A stretch of 64,000 nt of DNA from Vulcanimicrobiota bacterium (GTDB taxonomy: Bacteria; Vulcanimicrobiota; Xenobia; Xenobiales; JADMJV01). The notes below the pieces were generated by a model that did not search any database, had not been told where the DNA came from, and saw only the letters and a list, made by a program, of their open reading frames with translations. The first letter of the stretch is position 1, and every line of letters starts with the position of its first letter. This document shows, piece after piece, positions 9,198 to 19,285 of the stretch. Both the position numbers and the translations under genes were made by a program. The stretch is taken from the NCBI GenBank assembly GCA_050250895.1, contig JBFWNU010000001.1, positions 3,552,149-3,616,148 of the forward strand. The letters run 5' to 3'.

Positions 9198-10070
9198 ATG
9201 AAAGTAGGTGCTTTCAGTGCCCCGCCTCTCAAGGCTGTGGCCCCGCCCCCTCCCCAACAGGCAGAGGACAAGCCGGCCGAGCCGAAAGAGGAAAAGGATA
9301 GCTTCCAACTGTCCGAGACCCTGTCTCGGATTGGTGGCAACGTCCTGCATGGGTTGGCCAAGATTCCCACTGCCTACCGTTACGTTCCCGGCCTGCTGCG
9401 TTTTGCCGTGGTCGACGGTCTGGTGACGACCCTCCAGGTCACGGCCGGCCTGACCGGACTGGCCGGCATGGCCGGTCTCAGCGTGGCCGGTTTCGTGGAT
9501 GTCTACAATGGCATCAAAAAGAAGGACCCGGTCCAGGCTCTAGGCGGTGCGGGCGAGATCGCTCGCGGTCTGTTTGTGGGCGGCCTGGCCGCCAGCAAAG
9601 CTTTCGATCTCGGCGCTCACACCGCCCTGGTGGGGACCGGCGCCCAGGCCTTTGGCTGGGCGAGCGGCGTGCTCAGCCTGGGCTCGGGCGTGTGCAAGCT
9701 CCATCGAGGCATCAAGAATGGCGACCGCAAGGAAAAGTTGGTCGGCATGCTCGAGTGCGGCATGGCGGCCGCTTCCTTCTGTTTGCTCGGCGGTATGGCT
9801 TTTACTCCGGTTCTGATTGCCCAGGGCGCCATGGCGGCGGCCAAGACGATCTACACCAACTGGGACACCATCGTCTCGGTGGGAGGGGCCATCAAGCGCA
9901 AAGCAGGCCAGTTGTGGAACAAGTTCGTGGACATCTTCCGAGAACCGCCCAAGGCTGGCGAGGCTACCAGCGAGCCGCCTGAGAAAGCACCGAGCCAAAC
10001 AAGCCCGGGCAAGTCGGTGGATCCGTCTCGACCAATCGAGCCAAAGCGTTTTCCGGCCTACTGGATTTGA
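9198..10070 (+). CDS. Hypothetical membrane protein with Gly/Ala-rich hydrophobic helices
   Basis: 290-aa ORF; Pro-rich N-terminus ending DSFQLS; two internally similar units (VDVYNGIKKKD / CKLHRGIKNGD). Confidence 0.75.
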   Translation: MKVGAFSAPPLKAVAPPPPQQAEDKPAEPKEEKDSFQLSETLSRIGGNVLHGLAKIPTAYRYVPGLLRFAVVDGLVTTLQVTAGLTGLAGMAGLSVAGFVDVYNGIKKKDPVQALGGAGEIARGLFVGGLAASKAFDLGAHTALVGTGAQAFGWASGVLSLGSGVCKLHRGIKNGDRKEKLVGMLECGMAAASFCLLGGMAFTPVLIAQGAMAAAKTIYTNWDTIVSVGGAIKRKAGQLWNKFVDIFREPPKAGEATSEPPEKAPSQTSPGKSVDPSRPIEPKRFPAYWI

Positions 10071-13002
10071 ACAACCGAGCGTCCGGCGAGGCTTCCAGGC
10101 GGCCGTCCTCGGACAGAAAGAGCCAGTCTTGACCGCTGGTGTAGAGAATTCCCAGGCGCTCGTCCCGGCCCACGTGCCAGAATTCGAGGCCCTCGGCCTC
10201 CCGACGCACTTCGATGGGCGAGGCCTTGGGTCGAAAAGAGCAAACGCCGGCCATGCCCGCAAACTCTTGCGGCCGTGACCAACCGAGCCGCGGATGAGCC
10301 CGCCACACCTGGCGGCTGCCGAAGCGAATGGCCATCTCCGACAGCCAGCTAAACGGCTCGAGATAGCTCTGCTCGCCCCTGAGCAACTCATGCTGCTCGT
10401 CGAATTCGGCCACAATCTCGGCCGTCTCGGTTCGATGCAGCGTGAGTCTGGCCCCCCGGCGGTCGAGCACCAGACAGTATGTGCCCGCCGGGCTGAATCG
10501 GGCGTAGGTGCCCCGCCCCAACTTGAGAGGATCCCCCGCTTGGCGGCGCAGCCAGACCCAGCCGTCGTCGGTCCTGAACAAGAGCTTGAACTCGCGAGGA
10601 TGCACATCCTCGATATGGGTCTCTTCCTCCCAGGCCGTCGCTTCGGGCGCTCGATAGCGGGTTCGCGAGTCGTCCACCAGGCAGTGGGGCTGCGAGCAGG
10701 AGCCCACCTCGGGCAGTTGGCCCAGCAACGGCTGGTCGATGAAGGTGAGCCGCTGGCCGGTAGCCAGGCTGAGCACCTCGGTGCGGCGATTGCGGGTGGC
10801 GAACACCAGGGTCCGGTCATCGTTGAGCCGCAGACGCGCGCGGTCGGGAACCGCGCATCCCGACTGACCGGTGGCGGGATCGAAGAGCTCCCAACCCAGG
10901 GCACGCTTGCGCAGCAGCACCCCGTCGTCGATCCAGGCCTCGGGTAGAGGCTCGATCCGACCGTCTTGATAGCTCACCCAGAAGACACCTTGGCCATCGC
11001 TCCAGGCGAACCACTCGGGGGCGTTGACCAGTTCGGCCTGAACCAGCCCCCACAACGGCTCGAAGCTGTCGGCTTTACGCCAGAATTTTCGCTCCATGAG
11101 CACGAAGGTCTGGCGAGGCGAGACTTCGAGCACCAGCTGCGCGTTGGCTCCCCACTCCTGGTCGAATCCCAGGCGAGATAGGGTGGTCGGTCGCTTCGCC
11201 TCGGCGCGCGCGGTCTGGCCCCGCAGGCGGTAGACCCACGCCTGGTCTTCGGCGTCATAGAAATAGAACGAGTCACTATCCCAGGAGAACCTTCCCTCGG
11301 GCCCCGCTAGTTTGGCCAGCACCGCACCAGTGCGAGCGTTGGTGATGCGAATCGGGTCCGGGGTTCCGTGAGTTTGCAGGGCCAGCCATTGTCCGTCCGG
11401 GGAGAGGTCGACCAGCCAGGGAACATGCTCGCGAGTCTGGAGGCCCCCCAGAGCGAGGGTGAAGAGGTTTTCGCCCACCCGGTAGCAGAGGGTCGTAGCG
11501 GCCAGGCCCAGGAATTCGGCCACCTGGTGCTCGAGGGGGATTTCCTGGCTGGCGTGGTCCTCTAGCGACCAAAGCGTCAATCGCCCGGGGTGGCTCAGGA
11601 TGAGGGTGGCCGAGGCGAAGATGGCCGAGGCCACGTCCTCGAAGGTTTGGACCAGGTGGCCGGTGGCTTGCTCGAACACCCGCAGGGTGGCCCCGTCGAG
11701 CAAAGCGAGATAGGTGCCCTCAGGGTGCCCATAGGCCTGTTCGAAGGGAGGCAGAAGAAACAGGGTCCGGCCGCTCTCGACTTCGACCACTCGCCGGCCT
11801 ACCACCAGCTGGTTTGGGCCGGCGCACATCAGGGGGTAGCCGGCCGGAAATCCGCTCTCGAAATAGTAGCGCGGATGTTGGCGCCGCCAGGCCGGTTCGA
11901 GGGCCAGATCCTCGGGCAGGATGGCCTCGGTATCGAGATATCCCAGGCCAGACCTGGAGAATGGCCTGGGTTGGCCGGCGCGGTCCCTGAGCAAAGCCAG
12001 ACCCGGACGTTGAGCGGCCTGGGCCAGTAAGGGCGCCAGTCCGGTCCGTTGCTCGAGCCGGGCCGCCGCTTCTAGCAACGAGCCGGCCAGGCTGTCGAGT
12101 TCTGCGAGCAAGGCCAGCAAGCGGTCGTTTTCGACCAGCTCGGTGCGGGTGCTGTCGAGGTGGACCTCGTCGGGATTGGCCACCACCGTCAGTCCCCGGG
12201 GCAGGCTGGCGAAGGCAAGCCAGTAAGTGATGCCCTCCACCACCAGTCCCAGGTAGCCCGGCCGGTCGGTGTAGTCAAAGCGCGCGTGGACCGAGTAGGG
12301 CAAAGGCGAGGAATATCCCTGGCCGGGGCCCGCTAGCGGCCGGTCGGGTCGTTGCCAATAGCGCCAGATGATGGCCACGTCGTCGGCCTGCTGGTCGGGC
12401 AAAGGAGTGTCGCTGTCGACCTTGACCGGGCTGTAACGGCAGGCCCAGCTCAGCACCAGATTGGCCTCGTCGCGGCTGGTGGGTTGCTTGCCCCAAGCCG
12501 CCGGCGAGCCGAATTTGCCGGCTTTCTCGAGAGTGAACCGGAGTCCCTCGACCTTCGCCTGGCGCCGCTGGTGGCTTTGGCCTCGGGGGCTCCAGCAAAA
12601 TCGTTCACTGGCCGTTTCTACCACGATTCGTCGAGGCCGCAGATGGCTGGCGCAATAGACGGCCAGCGCCAGGCGGTGGAGAGCCGAGTCTTTTCGGCTC
12701 AAGAGATGGCCTTCCAGATTTTCGAGCGTCGGAGGATCCACTTCGAACTCGACCGCGTGCTCCATGCCTCCGAAGTGGATGCCGGTCAATTCCTCCAGCC
12801 GCACCCAGCCGGCCGCCCGGTTGCGCACCCGCATCGTTCGGGCTCCCAACAGATAGGCGCAGCTGAGCAGGTGAGCCAGGTAGAATTCGGGCGACGTGCT
12901 CAAAGCTTCGAGAAACAGCGCGGACGCGCGCTCCTGATCGATTCCGAAAACGCTCTGGCCAGTTGTGGGGCTGAGGCCCTGCTGCTCGAGAAAGCTATCC
13001 AC
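9964..13002 (-). CDS. Large hypothetical protein, C-terminal WD40/YVTN-like beta-propeller repeats
   Basis: 1047-aa ORF (likely GTG start 13002); SPDGQWLA, FSPAGTY, LEFWHV..LGILY..DWL..DGR propeller-like motifs. 3' end overlaps the convergent gene by ~107 bp. Confidence 0.7.
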   Translation of the reverse strand: MDSFLEQQGLSPTTGQSVFGIDQERASALFLEALSTSPEFYLAHLLSCAYLLGARTMRVRNRAAGWVRLEELTGIHFGGMEHAVEFEVDPPTLENLEGHLLSRKDSALHRLALAVYCASHLRPRRIVVETASERFCWSPRGQSHQRRQAKVEGLRFTLEKAGKFGSPAAWGKQPTSRDEANLVLSWACRYSPVKVDSDTPLPDQQADDVAIIWRYWQRPDRPLAGPGQGYSSPLPYSVHARFDYTDRPGYLGLVVEGITYWLAFASLPRGLTVVANPDEVHLDSTRTELVENDRLLALLAELDSLAGSLLEAAARLEQRTGLAPLLAQAAQRPGLALLRDRAGQPRPFSRSGLGYLDTEAILPEDLALEPAWRRQHPRYYFESGFPAGYPLMCAGPNQLVVGRRVVEVESGRTLFLLPPFEQAYGHPEGTYLALLDGATLRVFEQATGHLVQTFEDVASAIFASATLILSHPGRLTLWSLEDHASQEIPLEHQVAEFLGLAATTLCYRVGENLFTLALGGLQTREHVPWLVDLSPDGQWLALQTHGTPDPIRITNARTGAVLAKLAGPEGRFSWDSDSFYFYDAEDQAWVYRLRGQTARAEAKRPTTLSRLGFDQEWGANAQLVLEVSPRQTFVLMERKFWRKADSFEPLWGLVQAELVNAPEWFAWSDGQGVFWVSYQDGRIEPLPEAWIDDGVLLRKRALGWELFDPATGQSGCAVPDRARLRLNDDRTLVFATRNRRTEVLSLATGQRLTFIDQPLLGQLPEVGSCSQPHCLVDDSRTRYRAPEATAWEEETHIEDVHPREFKLLFRTDDGWVWLRRQAGDPLKLGRGTYARFSPAGTYCLVLDRRGARLTLHRTETAEIVAEFDEQHELLRGEQSYLEPFSWLSEMAIRFGSRQVWRAHPRLGWSRPQEFAGMAGVCSFRPKASPIEVRREAEGLEFWHVGRDERLGILYTSGQDWLFLSEDGRLEASPDARLFKSSRPENALARLVETDPPTCPGLFGSVLSQAARW

Positions 13003-13095
13003 GGCGCGTTCTTCTACCCTCGGGCCGCATGCTCCGTCTGGGGGGCACCCTCGCTCCGTCAGAAGTTTTTCAGGGTCGATGCCTAGACTCGACCT

Positions 13096-14055
13096 ATGCA
13101 GGTTCAAGCCGGAGGGATTTCATTCCACGCGCCCTTGGTTCGACGAGCGGGTGCGCTGGCGCAGGCCCCGCTAGACCAGGTGGCTCCGAGCCGACCCGGC
13201 GGCGAGCTGATGCGTCCCGAAACTATCGACTCGGTAGCCCAGAAACTCGAACAGCAGTGGGCCCGCGAGATGCCCAATCCAAAGGCGACCACCGGCATCA
13301 TCGTCGAGCGAGACTGGCGACCCAGCGGGCCTCATGATCCTATCCTGCTAATTGCCGAGGGCATCAAGGCCGCCAACGGACGCCCACGGTTGCTGTACTT
13401 GGGGCGCAACACCCCCACCGCTCAGATGGGCAAGATCAGCTGCCTGGCCATTCCTGGTGGCCGCGACGTCACGCCCGCTCGCTACGGCAAGGTGCTGGGA
13501 CCGGCCATGGATCCCAACGAGCCCGACGCCGCCTTTGACGATTTCACCATCGCCTGTATCAAGATAGCCTTTGAAACCGGCATGCCCATTCTGGGCCACT
13601 GTCGCGGCGAGCAGATCATGAACGTGGCCGCCGGTGGGACCCTGACCCAGGACATTCCCACCGAATTCCACGCGCCGCCAGGCTTTGGTTCGCGCTACGG
13701 CACCAGGATCGATCATCGCCCCGAGGCGGCCCGCAACAGTGTGAGCCTGTGGGAGAAGCCTTCTCATCTGATCTATGTCGAGCCGGGCACCCGGCTGCAC
13801 GAGATCGTGGGCGACTGCCTCGAGCAGGTCAACTCGATTCACCATCAATGCATCGAGAATCTAGCCCCCATGTTCGTCCCCGTGGCCTTCGCCCTCGACG
13901 GCGTCATCGAAGGAATCCAACGCAAAGACATGCCGTGGCAGAACGGCTATCAGTTCCACCCCGAGGGCATGCGCAAGTTCGATGAGAAGTTCCAGAAGCT
14001 CTACGACAACCTCATCGACGATGGGGCGCGTTTCGCTGCCGGCACGCTGTTCTAG
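13096..14055 (+). CDS. Peptidase C26 / gamma-glutamyl-gamma-aminobutyrate hydrolase (PuuD-like class I glutamine amidotransferase)
   Basis: PGGRDV, PILGHCRGEQ (Cys nucleophile), VNSIHHQ, QFHPE (His-Glu). TAGACT lies 6 nt before ATG. Confidence 0.9.
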   Translation: MQVQAGGISFHAPLVRRAGALAQAPLDQVAPSRPGGELMRPETIDSVAQKLEQQWAREMPNPKATTGIIVERDWRPSGPHDPILLIAEGIKAANGRPRLLYLGRNTPTAQMGKISCLAIPGGRDVTPARYGKVLGPAMDPNEPDAAFDDFTIACIKIAFETGMPILGHCRGEQIMNVAAGGTLTQDIPTEFHAPPGFGSRYGTRIDHRPEAARNSVSLWEKPSHLIYVEPGTRLHEIVGDCLEQVNSIHHQCIENLAPMFVPVAFALDGVIEGIQRKDMPWQNGYQFHPEGMRKFDEKFQKLYDNLIDDGARFAAGTLF

Positions 14056-14573
14056 AAGGCGCGAATCACGATCTGGCCGTCTTGATAGACGGCCATGCCC
14101 ATCCTCACTCGCTGGAGCTTGCCTCGGCGGGCATCATAGCGGGTGAAGCGCAGCTCGTAGCCCGGAAATTGCGCGAAGCGATGCCGGTCTGCATCGAGGC
14201 CACTGAGGCCCACTTCATAAAGGTCGTCCAGCGACTGAATCTCGCCGCCCAGGCGCTCATAGACCCGCCGCACCAGGCTGCCGTCGTCGCTTAGTCGCAA
14301 CTCGCCCACCGACTCATCGGCCTGGCGAAAGAGCAGATGCTTGGAGCCCGACGTGACAAAGACATGCTCGCTGGCGGTGCGGCCGCGCCGGGCCTTCTCG
14401 ACCTGGGCCACCAGTTTCTGATAGGCCGCTTCGACCTCGGGAGTGACTTGCAGTTCGCGATACTGCGGCTTGGGAGCCGGCGAAGGCTCGGCCCCCGAGA
14501 GGGTAACGCCGTCGACCTGGGGAGCCGGTTTCGGCTCCCGCAGGTCGATTTCAAAGCGGTATTTCTTCTTCAA
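14052..14573 (-). CDS. Hypothetical protein
   Basis: 173-aa ORF whose TTG start overlaps the stop of the upstream M3 peptidase; contains DGVTLS motif. Confidence 0.6.
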   Translation of the reverse strand: MKKKYRFEIDLREPKPAPQVDGVTLSGAEPSPAPKPQYRELQVTPEVEAAYQKLVAQVEKARRGRTASEHVFVTSGSKHLLFRQADESVGELRLSDDGSLVRRVYERLGGEIQSLDDLYEVGLSGLDADRHRFAQFPGYELRFTRYDARRGKLQRVRMGMAVYQDGQIVIRAF

Positions 14574-16696
14574 CTGGTGGGAAAGCCACGCGAGCGCAGC
14601 AGCGCCTCGATCTTGGGGTCGCGACCGCGGAAATTGCGATAGGCGACGGCCGGATCGATCGTGTTGCCCACCTGCATGATATCGTCGTGGAGTCGCTTGG
14701 CTACCTTCTTGTCGTAGGGGCCATCAGCTTCGAGAAAAGCCTCCCAGCAGTCGTGATCGAGCACTTCCGACCACAGATAGCTGTAGTAGCCGGCCGAATA
14801 GCCGTCGCCGGAAAACACGTGCCCGAATTGCGGGATGCGATGGCGCATCACGATCTCTTTGGGCATGCCCAGCGCGTCGAGGGTCTCTTTTTCGAACTTT
14901 CTGGTGTCGATTTCGACTTCGCCGGCCAGGTGCAGCTTCATGTCGACGATGGCCGAAGCCAGATACTCGACAGTGGCAAAACCCTGGTTGAAGGTGGCCG
15001 CCTTCTCGATCTTTTCCACCAGTTCGGCCGGCATCGCTTTGCCCGTCTGATAGTGCAGGGCGAATTGATTGAGCACCTCGGGCGTCGAGAGCCAGTGTTC
15101 GTTGACCTGCGACGGAAACTCGACATAGTCGCGGGCCACGTTGGTGCCAGCGAGCGACGGGTAGTTGACGTTCGAGTTGAGCCCGTGCAGGGCGTGGCCG
15201 AACTCGTGAAACATCGTCTCGGCGTCGTCCCACGAGATCAGCACCGGCTCACCAGGCTTGCCTTTGACATAGTTGGAGTTGTTGGACACGATCGGAGTAA
15301 TCGTCTTCTTGAACTTCTCCTGGGTGCGGTACTCGTTCATCCAGGCACCCGAGTCCTTGCCGTCGCGAGCGTAAGGATCCCAATACCAGTAGCCGACGTG
15401 GCCGCCGTCTCGGCCTTTGACCTCGAAGATCTCGACCTCGGGATGATAAACCGGCAGACCCTCGACCGGATGGAAGGTAAAGCCGTAGAGTTGGCCGGCC
15501 TGCCAGAACTGCCCGTCGCGCAGGTTGGCCAGCTGTAGATAGGGCTTGATGGCCGCCTGGTCCAGGTCGTATTTGGCTTTGCGCACTTTCTCGGAGTAGT
15601 AGCGATAGTCCCACGGCTCGATGGTGATGTTGTCGCCGTTCTGATCGGCTACCGCCTGCATATCGGCCACTTCTTGATGGACCCTGGCGACGGCCGGTTT
15701 CCAGACCTTGAGCATCAGGTCCATGGCGTTGTCCGGGTTCTTGGCCATGGCGTTCTCGAGACGCCAGTGAGCGTGGGTGGGATAACCCAGCAGCTTGGCT
15801 CGCTTGGCTCGCAACATCAAGATTTCGGAACAGATCGCGTTGTTGTCGTGCTCATCACCGTTGTCGCCGCGGCCCACCCACATGCGCCAACCCTTCTCGC
15901 GCAGGTCGCGGCGCTCGGAGTAGGTGAGGAAAGGCTCCATCGAGGAACGAGTATTGCGGATGGCCCACTTGCCCTTTTGCCCCTTCTCTTCGGCAGCAGC
16001 CGCGGCCGCGTCGATGAACGACTCGGGCAGACCGGCCAGGTCGGCCTTACCCTCGAGCACCAGCAGGTGATTCTCTTCGTCGGCCAGCTGGTTCTGACTG
16101 AACTTGGTATAGAGTTCGGCCAGCCGCTGGTTGTACGTCGACAGCTCGGCCTTGGCCTCGGCGCCCAGCTTGGCCCCCTCGCGCACGAAGTTGGTGTAGT
16201 AGAGCCAGGCCAGTCTTTGCTGCTCGGCACTGAGCTTGGCCTTCTCTGGTGAATTGTAGACCTGCTCGATGCGAGTGAACAGTCCCTGGTTTTGCACGAT
16301 CTCGTCACTGAAGGCCGCAAACTTGGGTGACCACTCGGTATTGATTCTCTGCACCTCGGGGGTGTTGAGGGTCGAGGTCCAAATGCCAAACAGCAGCGAC
16401 ACTCGACTATAGTCGCGCCCCGATCCCTCGAGAGCGGCCAGAGTGTTTTCGAAAGTGGCCGGCTCGGAGTTGTCGGCGATGGCGGCCAGTTCTTTGCGAT
16501 AGCTGGCCATCGAGGCTTCGAAGGCAGGGCCGAACATGTCGGGGCGGATTTTGTTAAAAGGCGGAACGCCTCCGTTGGGTCCAGTCCAAGTTTGCAAGAG
16601 CGGGTTCTCCTTCATCGCCTGGGCGTTGGCCGGCAGCCCCACCGCACGCAACAAGAGCGCGGCACCGCTAGCAGCCAGAAAAGTGCGTCGTTTCAA
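14570..16696 (-). CDS. dcp: M3 family metallopeptidase (peptidyl-dipeptidase Dcp-like), Tat signal peptide
   Basis: TTG start with GGAGAG SD; KRRTFL twin-arginine signal ending ANA; HEFGH zinc motif, DYVEFPSQ, GYSAGYYSY, FRGRDP. Confidence 0.9.
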   Translation of the reverse strand: MKRRTFLAASGAALLLRAVGLPANAQAMKENPLLQTWTGPNGGVPPFNKIRPDMFGPAFEASMASYRKELAAIADNSEPATFENTLAALEGSGRDYSRVSLLFGIWTSTLNTPEVQRINTEWSPKFAAFSDEIVQNQGLFTRIEQVYNSPEKAKLSAEQQRLAWLYYTNFVREGAKLGAEAKAELSTYNQRLAELYTKFSQNQLADEENHLLVLEGKADLAGLPESFIDAAAAAAEEKGQKGKWAIRNTRSSMEPFLTYSERRDLREKGWRMWVGRGDNGDEHDNNAICSEILMLRAKRAKLLGYPTHAHWRLENAMAKNPDNAMDLMLKVWKPAVARVHQEVADMQAVADQNGDNITIEPWDYRYYSEKVRKAKYDLDQAAIKPYLQLANLRDGQFWQAGQLYGFTFHPVEGLPVYHPEVEIFEVKGRDGGHVGYWYWDPYARDGKDSGAWMNEYRTQEKFKKTITPIVSNNSNYVKGKPGEPVLISWDDAETMFHEFGHALHGLNSNVNYPSLAGTNVARDYVEFPSQVNEHWLSTPEVLNQFALHYQTGKAMPAELVEKIEKAATFNQGFATVEYLASAIVDMKLHLAGEVEIDTRKFEKETLDALGMPKEIVMRHRIPQFGHVFSGDGYSAGYYSYLWSEVLDHDCWEAFLEADGPYDKKVAKRLHDDIMQVGNTIDPAVAYRNFRGRDPKIEALLRSRGFPTS

Positions 16697-16789
16697 GATT
16701 TCTCTCCAGTCCTCGAGATGTAGCCTGCATTCCCCTCGGCCAGGCCGAGACCTGCATTTTCTAAGTAACCTGCGGGGGGGGCGCCGGGT

Positions 16790-17090
16790 TGCGGGCGCCC
16801 TGGCTTTCCAGGGGGTGGTGGACGAGGTAGATAGGCAGGCTTCGGCCGTGGCAGTCGGCAAGAGGCGAGTCGATCATGTAGCGGCCTTGAGCCTCGCACC
16901 AGGCCTTCGTCCCCCGGGGGACGAGTTCTTCGTGGTCACCACCGCGGTGGACGGTGAAGAGTGCCGGCCGAGGCTCACTGGGAGGTTTCGCCGCGGCTGA
17001 GATTCAACCCTGACTCCCCGCGGCGACGGCTTGACCTTTCCGAGACCGCCAGGGCCGTGAATTGGAGCGTCAAACAGCCCGGGGTGAAGA
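16790..17090 (+). pseudogene. Frameshifted fragment of an HNH-endonuclease paralogue, inverted relative to the intact copy
   Basis: PAEAHWEVSPRLRFNPDS matches CPGESKLQLAGRLRFNPSK in the intact HNH at 17311-18369; frames broken, HNH core absent. Boundaries approximate. Confidence 0.5.
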
Positions 17091-17191
17091 GTCGCGTCCT
17101 TGGGGCAAGACGCAATGGCCACGAGCCTCGGCAAGAGAAGGGACATTAGGTTTCCGTTGGGCAACGACGGTTGGGTCGCACCATTCCAAGA

Positions 17192-17224
17192 ACTGAAACG
17201 CCACCGGGCGCTCGCCAGCGCCGC
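17192..17224. repeat. Short repeat ACTGAAACGYCACCGG..GGGCGCTCGCCAGCGCCGC, left copy
   Basis: Same elements recur at 19617-19676; includes GGCGCT-CGCC-AGCGCC hairpin. Confidence 0.65.
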
Positions 17225-17310
17225 AGGCCGGCAACGGAGAAGGGCGTGACCGTCGCTGAAAGGCGCGCGGGCGCAGTTCTCAGACCACGGGCACTTCACG
17301 CCGCCGCAAC

Positions 17311-18369
17311 TTAGCCGGCTCGAGCCCACTCTAGCAGCCATTCCAATAGCCCGCTCTCGGGCTCGCGTTCCAGCTCGCGCCCCCGGCGATCGCGCCAGAC
17401 CAGCCCCTGGGGAGCCACCCCGCTCACGCGCAAGATGCCCTGATGGATGTTCTTGTGGCAGCGCGAGCACACCACCACCAGATTCTCGGGCACCGTCGGT
17501 CCGCCGCGACAGTAGAACACCACGTGATGCACGTCGAGCCAGAGTCTGTTGGGGCAGCCTGGGCAAGAGCAGCGATAGCCATCCCGCCGCAGCACTGCCC
17601 GGCGCTGGGCGGCAGTCGCCTGACGCTTGCTGGGATTGAACCTCAACCGTCCGGCCAGTTGCAATTTCGACTCGCCCGGACACACGTGTGTCTGCATTGC
17701 CAGCGCCTCGACCGGAGCGACCAGGTCCTGGGCGGCCTCGACCTTGAGCTGCTCTACCTGGCCGCCCAGAAAGTCGGCCAGGATCAGCTCGAACGCCTCG
17801 GCCGGATTGACCGTACCCCCATGGTCCCTCGAGATCACGCCTACAGCTCGCGACCACAGCTCGGACACTTCAGGAGCAACCCGAAAACGAAGCTCCACCT
17901 CTTCTACCATATTCAGGGCCGCCTCGGCCGGAGTGTCACCACGATTGGCCCCGGCCACCAGACGGGCCAGGCGATGAGGCTTGAGGCGCACGGCCAGGTC
18001 AAGCCAGGCCTCTTCGGTCTCGGGCGTCACGATGCGGGTGACCACACGCAGATTGGACCAGCAGATTCGGTTCTCTTCACAGGCTTTGGAAAACAGCGGC
18101 AGCTCTTCGAGATGGCCGGCGATCCGCATCGAATCTAGCGCCTCGCGCTTCTCGACTTTGATGAGCCGGGCGAAGTGGAGAGCCGAATGGCAGCCGGTCT
18201 CGGCGCAAAAATCGGTGCGCTCGATAGCCAACAGACATCGCCCCAGCAGGATGCGAGTCAGGGCCAGGGTGTTGGCCAGGCGACGGATCACCCTTTCCAG
18301 CCGCTCGTGAGGGAGCTTGCTCAAGTTTTCGAGGGTCCAGAACTCGCGTTGTTTATCATCGGTAATCAT
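17311..18369 (-). CDS. HNH endonuclease with N-terminal DUF222-like region
   Basis: RRAVLRRDGYRCSCPGC..LDVHHVVF..GGPTVPENLVVVCSRCHKNIH; likely ATG 18369. Confidence 0.88.
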   Translation of the reverse strand: MITDDKQREFWTLENLSKLPHERLERVIRRLANTLALTRILLGRCLLAIERTDFCAETGCHSALHFARLIKVEKREALDSMRIAGHLEELPLFSKACEENRICWSNLRVVTRIVTPETEEAWLDLAVRLKPHRLARLVAGANRGDTPAEAALNMVEEVELRFRVAPEVSELWSRAVGVISRDHGGTVNPAEAFELILADFLGGQVEQLKVEAAQDLVAPVEALAMQTHVCPGESKLQLAGRLRFNPSKRQATAAQRRAVLRRDGYRCSCPGCPNRLWLDVHHVVFYCRGGPTVPENLVVVCSRCHKNIHQGILRVSGVAPQGLVWRDRRGRELEREPESGLLEWLLEWARAG

Positions 18370-18375
18370 AAGGCC

Positions 18376-18405
18376 ATGATAGTCTTTGTCCCCCTTGTTC
18401 GTCAA
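18376..18405 (-). promoter_or_regulatory. sigma70-type promoter TTGACG-N18-TATCAT, 6 nt from HNH ATG (leaderless)
   Basis: Minus strand: TTGACG aacaagggggacaaagac TATCAT ggcctt ATG. Confidence 0.7.
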
Positions 18406-18664
18406 AGATTCGATGCGGCTAAAACCCTTATTTAATAGGCAATTGCGCATTTTTTGAGAGATGATTATTCGAGCTTTTCGAGGCCAAAATGAAGATTTCT
18501 TCAGACTCGGCTGTTCAAGTGCCTAAGGGGGCCCTGGAGAGGCTGTCACGAGCAGTTTAGGGGCGAGGTTCCAACGAGGCGGTTCGGCGGCCGCATCGGA
18601 AAATTATTTTGACACACGTGTGCGCGGAGGGTTAGGGTCCTCGACGAGTAGGGACAGGGTCGCG

Positions 18665-19284
18665 AATCTGAATCGTTATGCCTACGCGAGCAACTCTCCG
18701 GTTCGTCGTGTTGATGGAAGACGGCTCTGTCTATCACGTCCCCACCGGCAAGTGATACGCACCTGACGGAATCCAGGATGTGAGCTTCGACATTGCCGGA
18801 ATGCTCAATGCCCAGGTGGCCACTCTCAATATGGTGGCCGCCGCCGCAAACGGAAGGGCCCGATTTCCCCTGGTGATAGTACGAGCCTCCCAGGGCGCGA
18901 ACCGATGGGTCCATATAGCCAAACTGGTGGGCACCATATTCACGCGAAGGCCGCATTTCTCAAAGCTCCTTGCATAAACAACCCCACAAGGATCGAGAAC
19001 GCTATGTTCGAGATCAGCGACGACTACATGTCAACACAGGGCATCACGCAGCGAAAAATCACGACCTTCCAACATCAAGAATACCGTCGTCTCTTCAGAG
19101 AGGGAATTCCCATCACCATGGCTGAACAACTCGCATCGCGCTGCAGGGACTTGTTGTTGACGGTGCAGACCCACAGGTGGCAAGAGCCTTAGTTGCAGAG
19201 TCATCGCACGTGCTACGCAGCCTGGGAATACACCTTCCCACCAACGCTCCCTGGGTTCCCAAACTGCACGGACCGGGGTTTTGA
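18665..19284 (+). pseudogene. Decayed Rhs C-terminus plus GHH/HNH-like toxin tip
   Basis: NLNRYAYASNSPVRRVDG (Rhs core end motif NxYxYxxNxPxxxxDPxG) at 18665; GGHHIHAKAAF toxin motif; 1-bp frameshift near 19130 continues TRIALQGLV..ARALVAES..PTNAPW to TGA 19284; visibly lower GC than flanks. Confidence 0.72.
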
Positions 19285-19285
19285 A

